A stretch of DNA of 64,000 nt from Desulfobaccales bacterium (GTDB lineage: Bacteria; Desulfobacterota; Desulfobaccia; Desulfobaccales; 0-14-0-80-60-11), in the NCBI GenBank assembly GCA_050014275.1, contig JBEKDQ010000001.1, positions 648 to 64,647 of the forward strand, given 5' to 3'. The translations under genes were made by a program, and so were the position numbers. The notes under the pieces are model-generated. The model was not told the origin of the DNA. It ran no database searches and saw only the letters and a program-made list of their open reading frames with translations. Positions 45,796 to 55,250 of this stretch are shown here, in pieces; the stretch's first letter is position 1, and each line of letters opens with the position of its first letter.

Positions 45796-46770
45796 ATGAG
45801 GGAAGTATTGTGGGTCGATATCCGGGGCATGTCAGCGGAAAATAGTGTGCCCCACAAGCTTACCCGCCTTTTGCAAGAGTCCGGCGGTTTAGAAGGGCTG
45901 TCCGAGGGAATGAGAGTCTCCCTGAAGATTAATACCTCGGAGGATGGCTATGAGTATGGCCTGCGACCGGTTTTTTTCCGGACCGTGGCCGAAATAGTCA
46001 ACCGCGTTACCAAGGTGCGTCCCACTATTTGTGATGGCATAAAGTTAGTCGATTATTGGCGCCGGGCTGCCGGGAAAAGATCTTCTGCGGGGAAAACCTT
46101 CCTGGAAGTGGCCCGGAAACAAGGGTACGGCAACGATACCCTGGGAGGCAACTTTGTCATCAACGGCGGCTTCAGCGGAGATGAAGGCAATCTTTATTCC
46201 GCCGACCTGGACGACTCCGTTGTCGGCGGGGTTGAGGTGGGTACCGCCGTCTGCCGCAGCGACACTTTATTTGTGCTGTCTCATGTCACGCTGCACCCGC
46301 TCTTTGGCATGAGCGGAGCTTTGCTCAACGGCGGGTTTGACTGTCTCATCGGCCGGGAAAAGACCCGAATCCTCAAAGGAATCAATCCATATCTGTTCAA
46401 TGGCAGCTCCCCTCCCGGCACAGAGCTGTTAGAGTTTCAACGGCGCGCCCTGGAATGCCTGCTCAGCGTCCGGAAATCCGTGGAAGATCTGGTATTCTAT
46501 GTCAATTATCTCTGGGATGTGACCCCGCAGCCGGAATACTTTCCTTACAGCCAAACCCCGGTGGTCGAAAATTTGGGCTTCCTGGCTTCCCCTGATCCGG
46601 TGGCGCTGGATGCCGCCAGTTTCTCTTTACTGCGGGAAAGATGGGAAGCCAAAGCAAATCAGCAAGATCTCCCTGGATTCACGAGCAACCTGGATTTTTT
46701 AAGAGTGCTGCAGGTTGCCGAGCTTTTAGGAATGGGCCGCGCCAGTTTCAGTGTCAGGGAGCTGTCCTAA
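45796..46770 (+). CDS. DUF362-like protein lacking the ferredoxin insert
   Basis: 324 aa. Similar layout to the previous protein (…VSLKINTSE…, …VLSHVTLHPLFGMSGA…) but without Cys clusters. The assignment is tentative. Confidence 0.45.
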   Translation: MREVLWVDIRGMSAENSVPHKLTRLLQESGGLEGLSEGMRVSLKINTSEDGYEYGLRPVFFRTVAEIVNRVTKVRPTICDGIKLVDYWRRAAGKRSSAGKTFLEVARKQGYGNDTLGGNFVINGGFSGDEGNLYSADLDDSVVGGVEVGTAVCRSDTLFVLSHVTLHPLFGMSGALLNGGFDCLIGREKTRILKGINPYLFNGSSPPGTELLEFQRRALECLLSVRKSVEDLVFYVNYLWDVTPQPEYFPYSQTPVVENLGFLASPDPVALDAASFSLLRERWEAKANQQDLPGFTSNLDFLRVLQVAELLGMGRASFSVRELS

Positions 46771-46792
46771 TCCTACACCCGACCTGGAGGAC

Positions 46793-47785
46793 ATGATGGA
46801 CTGCACCAAAGAAGAGTTTCAAGAACAGCAAAGGCAACAACTGATTCGTGAAGGGGCCGTCGCCGAGGCCCTGAAGTATGTCAAATATAAAATCGCCATT
46901 TTATCGGGCAAGGGGGGCGTGGGGAAAACCGCCACTACCATTAATCTGGCGGCTGCCTTGACCAAGTCCGGCTATCAGGTGGGGGTTTTCGATGCCGACC
47001 TGCACGGCCCCAGTGTTCCCAAGATGCTGGGAATCAAGAAAGAGGCCAAGCTTGATGGCGCCTTCTGGATCAACCCGGTGACGACCCAATCCGGCATCAA
47101 AGTCCTCTCCGTGGCGCTCTTTTGGCCGGGGGACATGACGCCGGTTATGTGGCGCGGCCAGGCGAAGAGCCGCACCATCCGCCAACTTCTATCTGCGGCC
47201 AAGTGGGGCGGCCTCGATTTTTTATTGGTGGACCTACCCCCGGGGACAGGCGATGAGCCCATAGCCGTTCTCAAGTCTATTCCAGATCTGGATGGCGTCG
47301 TCATCGTCACCACTCCCCAGGAGGTCTCCACCATCGTCTGTTCCAAGGCCATCAATGCTTCCCTGGCCTTGGGCGCCAAGGTTCTGGGACTGGTGGAGAA
47401 TATGAGCTGTTATGTTTGCCGGTGTTGCCACGACACCGTGTTTTTATTCGGCAAGGATAAGGGCAAGGAACTGGCCAAAATGATGGAGATCCCTTTCCTG
47501 GGTTCCATTCCTTTGGATCCTCTCTTTTCCGAGGCTGCGGATGCGGGGATACCCATAGTGGATCTCTTTCCCGACAGCATCACGGCCACAGCCTTCAGTG
47601 AGATTGCCCGGACCCTGGCCACCCAACTGCCGCCCAAGGAGGTGGCCGAGGCGCCACCCATGGAAAGCAAGCCCTGTCCCGGGTCCCATGACCATCATAA
47701 TCATCATCACCATCAGAATCATCATCAAGGGGATGAATGCTGTGGTCATTTACATCCGAAGGAGCCTCATAACGAGTCCAAATAG
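46793..47785 (+). CDS. Mrp/NBP35 (ApbC)-family P-loop ATPase, Fe-S/metal cluster carrier, with His-rich C-terminal tail
   Basis: Has a deviant Walker A (ILSGKGGVGKT), LLVDLPPGTGDE, and ENMSCYVCRCCHDTVFLFG at the CxxC carrier position. The tail is …GSHDHHNHHHHQNHHQGDECCGHLHPKEPH. Confidence 0.85.
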   Translation: MMDCTKEEFQEQQRQQLIREGAVAEALKYVKYKIAILSGKGGVGKTATTINLAAALTKSGYQVGVFDADLHGPSVPKMLGIKKEAKLDGAFWINPVTTQSGIKVLSVALFWPGDMTPVMWRGQAKSRTIRQLLSAAKWGGLDFLLVDLPPGTGDEPIAVLKSIPDLDGVVIVTTPQEVSTIVCSKAINASLALGAKVLGLVENMSCYVCRCCHDTVFLFGKDKGKELAKMMEIPFLGSIPLDPLFSEAADAGIPIVDLFPDSITATAFSEIARTLATQLPPKEVAEAPPMESKPCPGSHDHHNHHHHQNHHQGDECCGHLHPKEPHNESK

Positions 47786-47922
47786 AAGGCTTTTTAACTC
47801 GACCCGCAGCCGTAATGAATTAGGGTAATTTTGAAACCTGCACGCGTTGCTGGAGACGGCCCTGAGCCTGCAATCCGTTCTTGGTAAATTGAGAAAGATT
47901 ATCGAAGAAGTTAAAACCTGAG

Positions 47923-48264
47923 ATGGGGAGGATTGGTGTGAACGAACAGAAAATGGGCACTCATTACGTGCGGGAGGTTTGTCAGATCTTCCGTGATATT
48001 GCTGGGACAACTAATTTCCCTCCAATCAAAGAAAAACTGATAACCCTGTGCGAGGAACTGGAACCCCTGGCCCCCAAGCTCTTCTTTAAAACCCAAAAGG
48101 GCACGGAAGACATGCAAGAATTGGCCAGGGAAATCGAGGATCTGAAGGACAAGCTGTTTGTTTGTGAGCAGGTGGAGGCCGCTCAAAGCATGTGTAATCC
48201 TTTCTTCGTCAGGATTGGCAAAATCATTGAGCACGTCAAAACCATGAGGGTCCGGATGACCTGA
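47923..48264 (+). CDS. Hypothetical small helical protein
   Basis: 113-aa ORF (the start could be the internal MGTHYV). No recognisable family. Its stop sits 3 nt before the MITE target-site duplication. Confidence 0.4.
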   Translation: MGRIGVNEQKMGTHYVREVCQIFRDIAGTTNFPPIKEKLITLCEELEPLAPKLFFKTQKGTEDMQELAREIEDLKDKLFVCEQVEAAQSMCNPFFVRIGKIIEHVKTMRVRMT

Positions 48265-48269
48265 GGAGT

Positions 48270-48585
48270 CAGTAGTGTCCGGCAAGGTTTTTGCTACAAG
48301 GCGGGCAGCTGAGAATTGTTTGAACTTTAGGTATGCCCACTAGCTGATCAATTCATGGAATTTACAAAGTATTTCTCTCTCCCCCCTTGGGGGGAGAGGG
48401 TCGGGTGAGGGGGGTATGCAACGGCCGACGAAGCCACCCCTCACCCGGTGTCGTCCCCTCGCAGGGGAGAGGGGATTTAGTTGCATCGGCATAATATATT
48501 GATATCGCTGAAATTACAATGATCTAAAGTTTAACTGCGAGATAGTGTAATCTTCTCCATGCAATTTTGTTGCCGGACACTACTG
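48270..48585 (+). mobile_element. MITE-like non-autonomous element, copy 1 (316 bp)
   Basis: Perfect 16-bp terminal inverted repeats CAGTAGTGTCCGGCAA / TTGCCGGACACTACTG. Flanked by a perfect 9-bp direct duplication CTGAGGAGT (48261-48269 and 48586-48594). No ORF. GC-rich internal palindromes. A second copy lies at 55251-55577. Confidence 0.85.
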
Positions 48586-48599
48586 CTGAGGAGTGTGGT

Positions 48600-48962
48600 A
48601 TGAACCTGAGTCAAGATGACCAGGAGATGATGAGGGACATCATCCGGATGAGCGTACGCGCCGCGATCCTGCTGCGCGGCGTCATGCTCCAGAAGGTGGA
48701 CCGCGAGACGCTGGCCTGGGGGCTCGAGGAGTTGGCAGCCTCCAATCTTATGAATAAATACTTTCCTCGCCTCGTCGACCAGCCGGAACTGGTCCAACTT
48801 TTGAATTTGCTGCACCTGGTGAGCAGCCTGGAAGGCCAATGGGAATTTCAGGTGAGCGAGTATGGGCTGGATTCCCTGAAGGATGACCTGCACGAAATCA
48901 ATTTCAGTCTGAAATTAATCGGTGAGAAATTCGACCTGGAGCAGTTGAAGCAAGCAATTTGA
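48600..48962 (+). CDS. Hypothetical small protein
   Basis: 120 aa from the ATG at 48600 (MNLSQDDQEMMRD…), preceded by the GAGGAG that forms part of the MITE target-site duplication. The ORF-track start at 48567 lies inside the MITE and is unlikely. Confidence 0.45.
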   Translation: MNLSQDDQEMMRDIIRMSVRAAILLRGVMLQKVDRETLAWGLEELAASNLMNKYFPRLVDQPELVQLLNLLHLVSSLEGQWEFQVSEYGLDSLKDDLHEINFSLKLIGEKFDLEQLKQAI

Positions 48963-49195
48963 AATATCCGCATATAGCGCCTTCACCCTATTTGACTTCT
49001 TCAAGGGCTGGGACTTTGAGATCGAGTACCGGCAGGGTGACGATGATTGCAAAACCACGTCGCTGAATGCCTCGAGGCAGGTGAGGCGCAGCTCCCCATG
49101 CGCAAAGCGCTTTAATAGGCGCATGTGGCCATCTCGCGGGCGCTGGACTTTGCTTGGGCCCCGGTCTGTCATCTGCGCCGGTTTAAAAGGCCTCA

Positions 49196-50218
49196 TCAAG
49201 GCCCGGTGGTAAGAACCACGCGAAACCGCGCCTTACCGCTCATCATGCGCTCGTAGGCTTCTGTAGCAGACTCCAGCGGAAAGACCTCGTTCATCGACCT
49301 GACGCCAGTCAGCACGCTGAAGGACATCGCATCCTGCGAATCGATGGACGTCCCACACGGCCAACCTGTGATCGACAGGCGCCGCATAATAAGCGAAACG
49401 GGAGGCACGTCAAGCGGTTCCATAGTGGCGCCGATGATCATCAACTTGCCATTGACGCCCAGACCGCCTACTACAGCACTCATGGCCTTGCTGTTCGTCG
49501 CGGTGGCTATGATGACTTTTGCCCCCCCCAACCTGGCCAGTTCCACCGCGGGGTCCTGCGACAGACTATCAATGTAATATGTGGCTCCAAGCTGCCTGGC
49601 CAGTCCCTCCTTGTCTTTGCCGCGTGCGATCGCCACAGTCTTAAAGCCCATCTTGGCGGCGAACTGGACGCCGAGATGGCCGAGTCCGCCAATCCCAAGT
49701 ACGGCTACGATATCACCCGGCCTGGCGCCACTGTTCCGGAGAGCATTGAAAGTGGTGATTCCAGCACACATAAGCGGTGCTGCCTCCACGGCTGAAAGCT
49801 CTGGGGGGATCATCGCGAGCGCTCCTGCGGGGGCAATCATGTACTCGGCGTATCCGCCATCGTACGTAATGCCGGGTATCTGAGCGGCATTCTGGCAAGC
49901 GAGGAAGTCACCCCGACGGCAAGAATCGCAATAGCCACAATGTCCGCCATGCCAGCCGACCCCGACCCGCTGCCCGGTTTTCCAGCCAACGACCCCTGGG
50001 CCAACCGCGTCAATGATGCCGGCGACTTCGTGTCCCGGGATTCGGGGATATTGGATCCCCGGAAAGGTCCCCTCTTTGGTAAGCGAGTCGCCGTGGCAGA
50101 TACCGCACGCCTGCACCTTGATACGCACCGATCCAGTACCTGCCTCTGGAATGTCCCGTTCAACGAGTTCTAAGGGTCCATTTGGGTGTGGGACCTGCAC
50201 CGCCCGCATTTTCGCCAT
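49196..50218 (-). CDS. Zinc-dependent medium-chain alcohol dehydrogenase
   Basis: 340 aa. Has CGICHGD, GHEVAGIIDAVG, the structural-Zn motif CGYCDSCRRGDFLAC, and a Rossmann GIGGLGH. Confidence 0.9.
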   Translation of the reverse strand: MAKMRAVQVPHPNGPLELVERDIPEAGTGSVRIKVQACGICHGDSLTKEGTFPGIQYPRIPGHEVAGIIDAVGPGVVGWKTGQRVGVGWHGGHCGYCDSCRRGDFLACQNAAQIPGITYDGGYAEYMIAPAGALAMIPPELSAVEAAPLMCAGITTFNALRNSGARPGDIVAVLGIGGLGHLGVQFAAKMGFKTVAIARGKDKEGLARQLGATYYIDSLSQDPAVELARLGGAKVIIATATNSKAMSAVVGGLGVNGKLMIIGATMEPLDVPPVSLIMRRLSITGWPCGTSIDSQDAMSFSVLTGVRSMNEVFPLESATEAYERMMSGKARFRVVLTTGP

Positions 50219-50400
50219 GTTTTCTCCAATCGTTTGGTTTAGTGTTTAGTATGGGGCGCAGAACTTCTTCGGCTGGGAAGGGCTTCTCTTGAATTTGAAG
50301 TTAGCCATTTCCAGGGTAGGGTCAATTCTCCCTTCAAAACTTATTTTTTACGGCGCTGGCTGAATCTGCTGCATAATCTCGGATATAATCAGATTTCGGT

Positions 50401-51378
50401 ATGGTTCGCCATATCTTTGGTCCAGGTCTTTCCCGGAGGGTCATCGTGGTAAAGATATTCTGGGTTATCCTATTCATTTTGGCCATAATAGTCCCTCCTT
50501 ATGCCCAGGCAGAGGAACCGCTGGCGCTAGAACCTCTGATCTCCCCTGGCACACGTCTGATGATCTTCTCGCCACACCCGGACGATGAAAGTCTGGGGGC
50601 AGGAGGGCTGATTCAGCGCGTTCTCCAAAGAGGTGGAAGGGTGAAGGTTGTCTTTATGACCTGCGGAGAGGGCTTTCGTGGAGGGGTGGAACAGGAGGAT
50701 CGCATCTCCCATCCCACTGCCGAAAATTACCGCAAATATGGTGATGAACGCCGGGGAGAGGCCCTGATGGCCGTCACCCGGTTGGGGCTGAAGGAGGACG
50801 AGGTGACCTTCCTTGGCTTTCCGGACGGCGGGCTGTCCTCCCTTCTTTTGCATTTTTGCACCGGACGACAGGCGTACAGGTCTCCTTTTACCCAGGAAAA
50901 CTGTCCCCAAGCATTCGAAATCATTACTCCGCATACCATCTATACCGGCCCCGATCTCACCAAAGAGATCGAACGAGAGATTGCCGATTTTCGACCTGAC
51001 GTGGTGGCGACCACCCCGCGGCAGGACAGGCATTCAGACCATAGCGCAACTTACTTTTTCGTTAAGGAGGCCTTGACACAGTTGAGCAAGAAACATCCCC
51101 ACCTCAAACCCCGGGTGCTCACCTTCCTGATCCATTTTGGCCAGTGGCCGAATGGCCAGGGTGCGGGGACCGGGTCACGCCTCCATCCTCCTGAGGGCTT
51201 TCCTGATAAAGGCATACAATGGGTCTCACTTACCCTCACCCCCGAGGAGGTGGAGACTAAACGCCAGGCCATCCGGGAGTACCATACCCAGATGCTGGTC
51301 ATGGGCCGGTTTCTTTCAAGCTTTGCCAGGTCTAATGAACTATTCATCCTGGAGAAGCAAGTATTGGGGCAGAATTGA
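50401..51378 (+). CDS. PIG-L/LmbE-family N-acetylglucosaminyl deacetylase, secreted or membrane-anchored
   Basis: 325 aa with an N-terminal hydrophobic signal or anchor. Has the SPHPDDESLGAGG and HSDH motifs. Confidence 0.8.
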   Translation: MVRHIFGPGLSRRVIVVKIFWVILFILAIIVPPYAQAEEPLALEPLISPGTRLMIFSPHPDDESLGAGGLIQRVLQRGGRVKVVFMTCGEGFRGGVEQEDRISHPTAENYRKYGDERRGEALMAVTRLGLKEDEVTFLGFPDGGLSSLLLHFCTGRQAYRSPFTQENCPQAFEIITPHTIYTGPDLTKEIEREIADFRPDVVATTPRQDRHSDHSATYFFVKEALTQLSKKHPHLKPRVLTFLIHFGQWPNGQGAGTGSRLHPPEGFPDKGIQWVSLTLTPEEVETKRQAIREYHTQMLVMGRFLSSFARSNELFILEKQVLGQN

Positions 51379-51844
51379 AAAAGATTTTACGCCTCAAAAA
51401 ATATTCTTTTGGATTAGGAGTCGCAGCCGCGCTCCTTTAAAAGACCTACCATCCCCTCGGCTGCCGGAGCATGGGAGAAAGCGGCTTTCCGGCTTCGCCC
51501 CGGCTCCGCTCGACCCCGGAAATCTGAGCGGCCGGACCCGGGAGGGCTTGACTTTCCTCCTGGGAAAATAGAAGGTTAAACCAACCTGAACCGTCATGTT
51601 TTAAACCCTGACTCCGGGGAGCAGCCGTTCATGGGCTTTTGGCCCACCCCAAAATTATGAAAATGTCGCGCCGCCGCCCCCGGCGGCGCGGGAACCGGCT
51701 GCCAGAGGGGAAGTATCCCACATACTGAGCAACTTTTCGAAGCAGAGCAGACCAGAAGGCCCCGGAAGGAAGAGCGCCGACTTTTAAAAGACCCATAGGT
51801 TACCCAGGCTTACCCGGGGAGTTCCCCTGTTCAAACCAAGGAGG

Positions 51845-52507
51845 TTGGCCATGCCGGTGCAGGATTGGATGAGCAAGGATCTGATCACCATAGATGAAGG
51901 CGCTTCCATCATAAAGGCCTCCAATCTCATGAAGCAAAACAGGGTGCGACATCTGCCGGTTTTGCGGAAAGGCCGCCTGCTGGGCATCGTCTCGGACCGG
52001 GACCTGAAGGAGGCCACGCCTTCCAAGGCCACCACCCTGGATATCCACGAGATGTACTATCTCCTGGATCAGATCAAGGTGAAGAGCCTGATGCCCAAAC
52101 AGCTCTCCACCATCACTCCCGGGGAAACGGTGGAAAAAGCGGCGGCGGTCATGTTAAACCGGAACATCTCAGCTCTGCCGGTGGTGGACCCCCAGGGAAC
52201 CCTGCAGGGGATCATTACCAAAGGCGACGTCTTCCGGGCCTTTGTCTCCATTTCGGGCATCAACCAGGCCCCCCTGGCCATGGGCTTTGATCTGGAAGAC
52301 CGGCCCGGCTCGGTTAAGGCGGTCACCGATCTGATTCGGGCCCACGGCGGCCGCATCTTCAGCATCTTGACGGGCTATGAGAATGCCCCCGAGGGCTTTC
52401 TGCGGATCTTCATCCGGGCCCGGGACGTGAAGGATGAAGAAGCCCTTCGGAAGGACCTGGAAGGTAAAAATAGGGTTCTTTATTATATTCATGAAAAGAT
52501 GGATTGA
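51845..52507 (+). CDS. CBS-pair plus ACT-like domain protein (AcuB-like)
   Basis: 220 aa. Two CBS motifs (…HLPVLRKGRLLGIVSDRDL…; …ALPVVDPQGTLQGIITKGDV…) and a C-terminal ACT-like ~70 aa. AAGGAGG RBS present. Confidence 0.8.
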   Translation: MAMPVQDWMSKDLITIDEGASIIKASNLMKQNRVRHLPVLRKGRLLGIVSDRDLKEATPSKATTLDIHEMYYLLDQIKVKSLMPKQLSTITPGETVEKAAAVMLNRNISALPVVDPQGTLQGIITKGDVFRAFVSISGINQAPLAMGFDLEDRPGSVKAVTDLIRAHGGRIFSILTGYENAPEGFLRIFIRARDVKDEEALRKDLEGKNRVLYYIHEKMD

Positions 52508-52620
52508 GGTGGCAGGGAGAAGCCCCAGCGGTGCGGGCCGCGCCTTGGCCAGCTTTAAGGTGGCTAAGGAAAATCACCTTAGGTACGGTTAGAATACCGA
52601 TCTTCAACGAGGTTTCAATT

Positions 52621-55143
52621 ATGGCCGCCGAATCGGATGCCTTGTCCTATCGCCGCCGTTACCGGGGCCTGGTGGGCATCAAGAGCAAGATGCCCATCCG
52701 GGATACTTCGGTTCTGAGCCGCATCTACACCCCCGGGGTGGGGGCCATCTGCCGGGAGATTGAAAGAAATCCCCTGGCTTCCTTCGAGTACACCTGCCGC
52801 GGCAATTCCATCGCCTTGATCACCGACGGCAGTCAGGTCTACGAATTAGGCAATATCGGAGCCCTGGCCGCCTTGCCCAAGTTGGAGTCCAAGTCGGTGC
52901 TCTTTAAGACCTTTGCCAACGTGGATGCGGTGCCCATTGCCCTGTTGACCCAGGATGCCGATGAAATCGTGGAAATCGTCAGGACCCTCACCCCGTCCTT
53001 CGGTGGCATCTGCCTGGAGAGCATCGCCGCGCCCAAGTGCTTCACCATCGAGAACCGCATCCGCAAGGCGGTCCGGGTTGCGGTGCTGCACAATGAAAAC
53101 CACGCGGCAGGCATCATTGTGCTGGCGGCGGTAATTAACGCCCTGAAGGTGGTGGGCAAGAATCTCCAGGAGGCCCGCATCGTCATCAATGGCGCCGGGG
53201 CGGCGGGTATTGGGGTGGCCAAAGGATTGATCGTCGCCGGCAATGATAACATCGTCCTGTGCGATCGCCACGGGGCCCTGAACGTCTACCGGATGGTGGG
53301 AATGAACTGGGCCAAATCGGAGATCGCCCGCCTGGTGTCCACCCATGATGTCAAAGGAGACCTGGCCCAGGTCCTCAAGGACGCCGATGTCTTCATCGGC
53401 CTATCGGCCGGCGGCCTGGTCACCCGGGAGATGATCGCCAGCATGGCCCCGGACCCCATCGTCTTTGCCCTGGCCCTACCCCAGCCGGAGATTGAGGAGG
53501 CGGAGGCCAAGGCGGGCGGCGCCGCGGTGACGGCCACCGGCCTGGCCACCAGCGAGACTCAGATCCGCTCGTCTCTGGTGACCCCGGGATTTTTCCGGGG
53601 GTGCCTGGACGTGGGAGCCCATCGGGTCAACATCGACATGTATCTGGCCGCGGCCCGGGCCCTGGCGGGCATGATCCCGGAGGAGAAATTATCCCCCAAC
53701 AATATCATTCCCCGGCAGATGGACTGGCGCATCTCTCCGGTGGTCGCCAGAGCGGTGGCCCAGGCGGCCCAGGAGACCGGGACCGCCTCCCTGGGGCCGG
53801 AAAAGGTGAGTCCCGAACGGGTCTATGAGCGCACCGAGCGCTATATCTACGAAGGAGAGCTGGCCTGGCTGCCCGCCGAGGGCCAGGATTACGTAAAATT
53901 GAGCGTCAATGAGGAAGCCTTGGAGCTGCACCGCCGTTATCAGGGGTGCGTGGAGATCTATACCAAGGTGCCCATCAAGGACGAAATCATTTACAATCGC
54001 CTGTATGCCCCGGCGGCGGTGGTGGAGGTTTGCCAGAAGATCCTGCACGAACCCATGGCCGCCTATGACTTCACTTGCAAGAACAACCTGGTGGCCATCG
54101 TCACCGACGGCAGCGCCGTGTTGGGCCTGGGAAATATCGGCCCCCGGGCCGCTCTGCCGGTCATGGAAGGCAAGGCGGTTATTTTTAAGACCTTCGGCGG
54201 CGTGGAGGCTTTTCCCATCTGCATCAGCACCCAGGAGAGCGAAGAGGTCATCCGGCTGGTGGAAAATATCTCACCGGCCTTTGGCGGCATTAACCTGGAG
54301 GACATCTCCTCCCCCCGTTGTTTCGAAATCGAGCAAAGGTTGCGGGAAAGGTTGGATATTCCGGTCTTTCACGATGATCAGCACGGCACCGCGGTGGTGG
54401 TCCTGGCAGGGCTGCTCAACGCCTTGAAGCTGGTGGATCGGAAACTTTCCGAGGTCAGGCTGGTCTTTAACGGGGCCGGCGCCTCGGCCATCGCCACCGC
54501 CAAACTCCTGATCAACGTCGGAGCCCAAAATCTGGTGGTCTGCGACACCAGAGGCGCCATTTATCGGGGCCGGGCCCAGGGGATGAATTTAATTAAACAC
54601 GAACTGGCGGAGATTACCAACCCGGATCGGCAAAAAGGCAGCCTGGCTCAGGTTATCAAAGGAGCTGACGTCTTCCTCGGCCTCTCCGCGCCCCGGGTGC
54701 TCACCCGGGAGATGGTGCAGTCCATGGCGCCCAATCCCATCGTTTTTGCCATGGCCAATCCCGAGCCGGAGATTTATCCCCAGGAGGCCAGTGAGGCCGG
54801 GGCCGTGGTGGTGGCCACCGGCAGATCGGACTTCCCTAACCAGGTGAACAATTGCCTGGCCTTTCCCGGCATCTTTCGCGGCGCCCTGGATATCCGGGCC
54901 AACGCCATCAATACGGCCATGAATATTGCCGCGGCCCATGCCATTGCCGCCCTGGTGGGCCCGGAATTGAACCCCGGCTACATCTTGCCGGGAGCCATGG
55001 ATTTCCGGGTGCCGCCGGCGGTGGCGGAAGCCGTGGCCCGGGCCGCCATGGAAACCGGTACGGCTCGCATCGACCTGCCGCCGGAAAGGGTGGCCCGCCA
55101 TACCCGGGAGTTCATTTATGACGAGAGGTTGTCCTTAATCTGA
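52621..55143 (+). CDS. Tandem-duplicated malic enzyme: degenerate N-terminal module fused to a canonical NAD(P)-malic enzyme module
   Basis: 840 aa from MAAESDAL. The C-terminal half has VMEGKAVIFK, INLEDISSP, FHDDQHGTAVV, GAGASAIA, ANPEPEI and NNCLAFPGIFRGALD. The N-terminal half aligns with it but reads KLESKSVLFK, ICLESIAAP, LHNENHAAGI, ALPQPEI and SSLVTPGFFRGCLD. Confidence 0.85.
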   Translation: MAAESDALSYRRRYRGLVGIKSKMPIRDTSVLSRIYTPGVGAICREIERNPLASFEYTCRGNSIALITDGSQVYELGNIGALAALPKLESKSVLFKTFANVDAVPIALLTQDADEIVEIVRTLTPSFGGICLESIAAPKCFTIENRIRKAVRVAVLHNENHAAGIIVLAAVINALKVVGKNLQEARIVINGAGAAGIGVAKGLIVAGNDNIVLCDRHGALNVYRMVGMNWAKSEIARLVSTHDVKGDLAQVLKDADVFIGLSAGGLVTREMIASMAPDPIVFALALPQPEIEEAEAKAGGAAVTATGLATSETQIRSSLVTPGFFRGCLDVGAHRVNIDMYLAAARALAGMIPEEKLSPNNIIPRQMDWRISPVVARAVAQAAQETGTASLGPEKVSPERVYERTERYIYEGELAWLPAEGQDYVKLSVNEEALELHRRYQGCVEIYTKVPIKDEIIYNRLYAPAAVVEVCQKILHEPMAAYDFTCKNNLVAIVTDGSAVLGLGNIGPRAALPVMEGKAVIFKTFGGVEAFPICISTQESEEVIRLVENISPAFGGINLEDISSPRCFEIEQRLRERLDIPVFHDDQHGTAVVVLAGLLNALKLVDRKLSEVRLVFNGAGASAIATAKLLINVGAQNLVVCDTRGAIYRGRAQGMNLIKHELAEITNPDRQKGSLAQVIKGADVFLGLSAPRVLTREMVQSMAPNPIVFAMANPEPEIYPQEASEAGAVVVATGRSDFPNQVNNCLAFPGIFRGALDIRANAINTAMNIAAAHAIAALVGPELNPGYILPGAMDFRVPPAVAEAVARAAMETGTARIDLPPERVARHTREFIYDERLSLI

Positions 55144-55185
55144 TTTGCTGCCCGCCAGAGATTTCTGCAAAAGCCAGCTCAGAAG

Positions 55186-55208
55186 GGCGCGTCTTACGCG
55201 CCTTTTTT
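55186..55208 (+). terminator. Intrinsic terminator after the malic-enzyme gene
   Basis: GGCGCG-TCTTA-CGCGCC hairpin immediately followed by TTTTTT. Confidence 0.7.
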
Positions 55209-55250
55209 GGTGCTCGGAGCCGCACCCTGCCGGTAATCTGGGGTCTTGTT

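Noticed and set aside
52504-52620. N-terminal extension of the malic-enzyme ORF (MRWQGEAPAVRAAPW…).
   Set aside because: It overlaps the end of the CBS-ACT gene and has an implausible composition. The ATG at 52621 gives a family-typical N-terminus.
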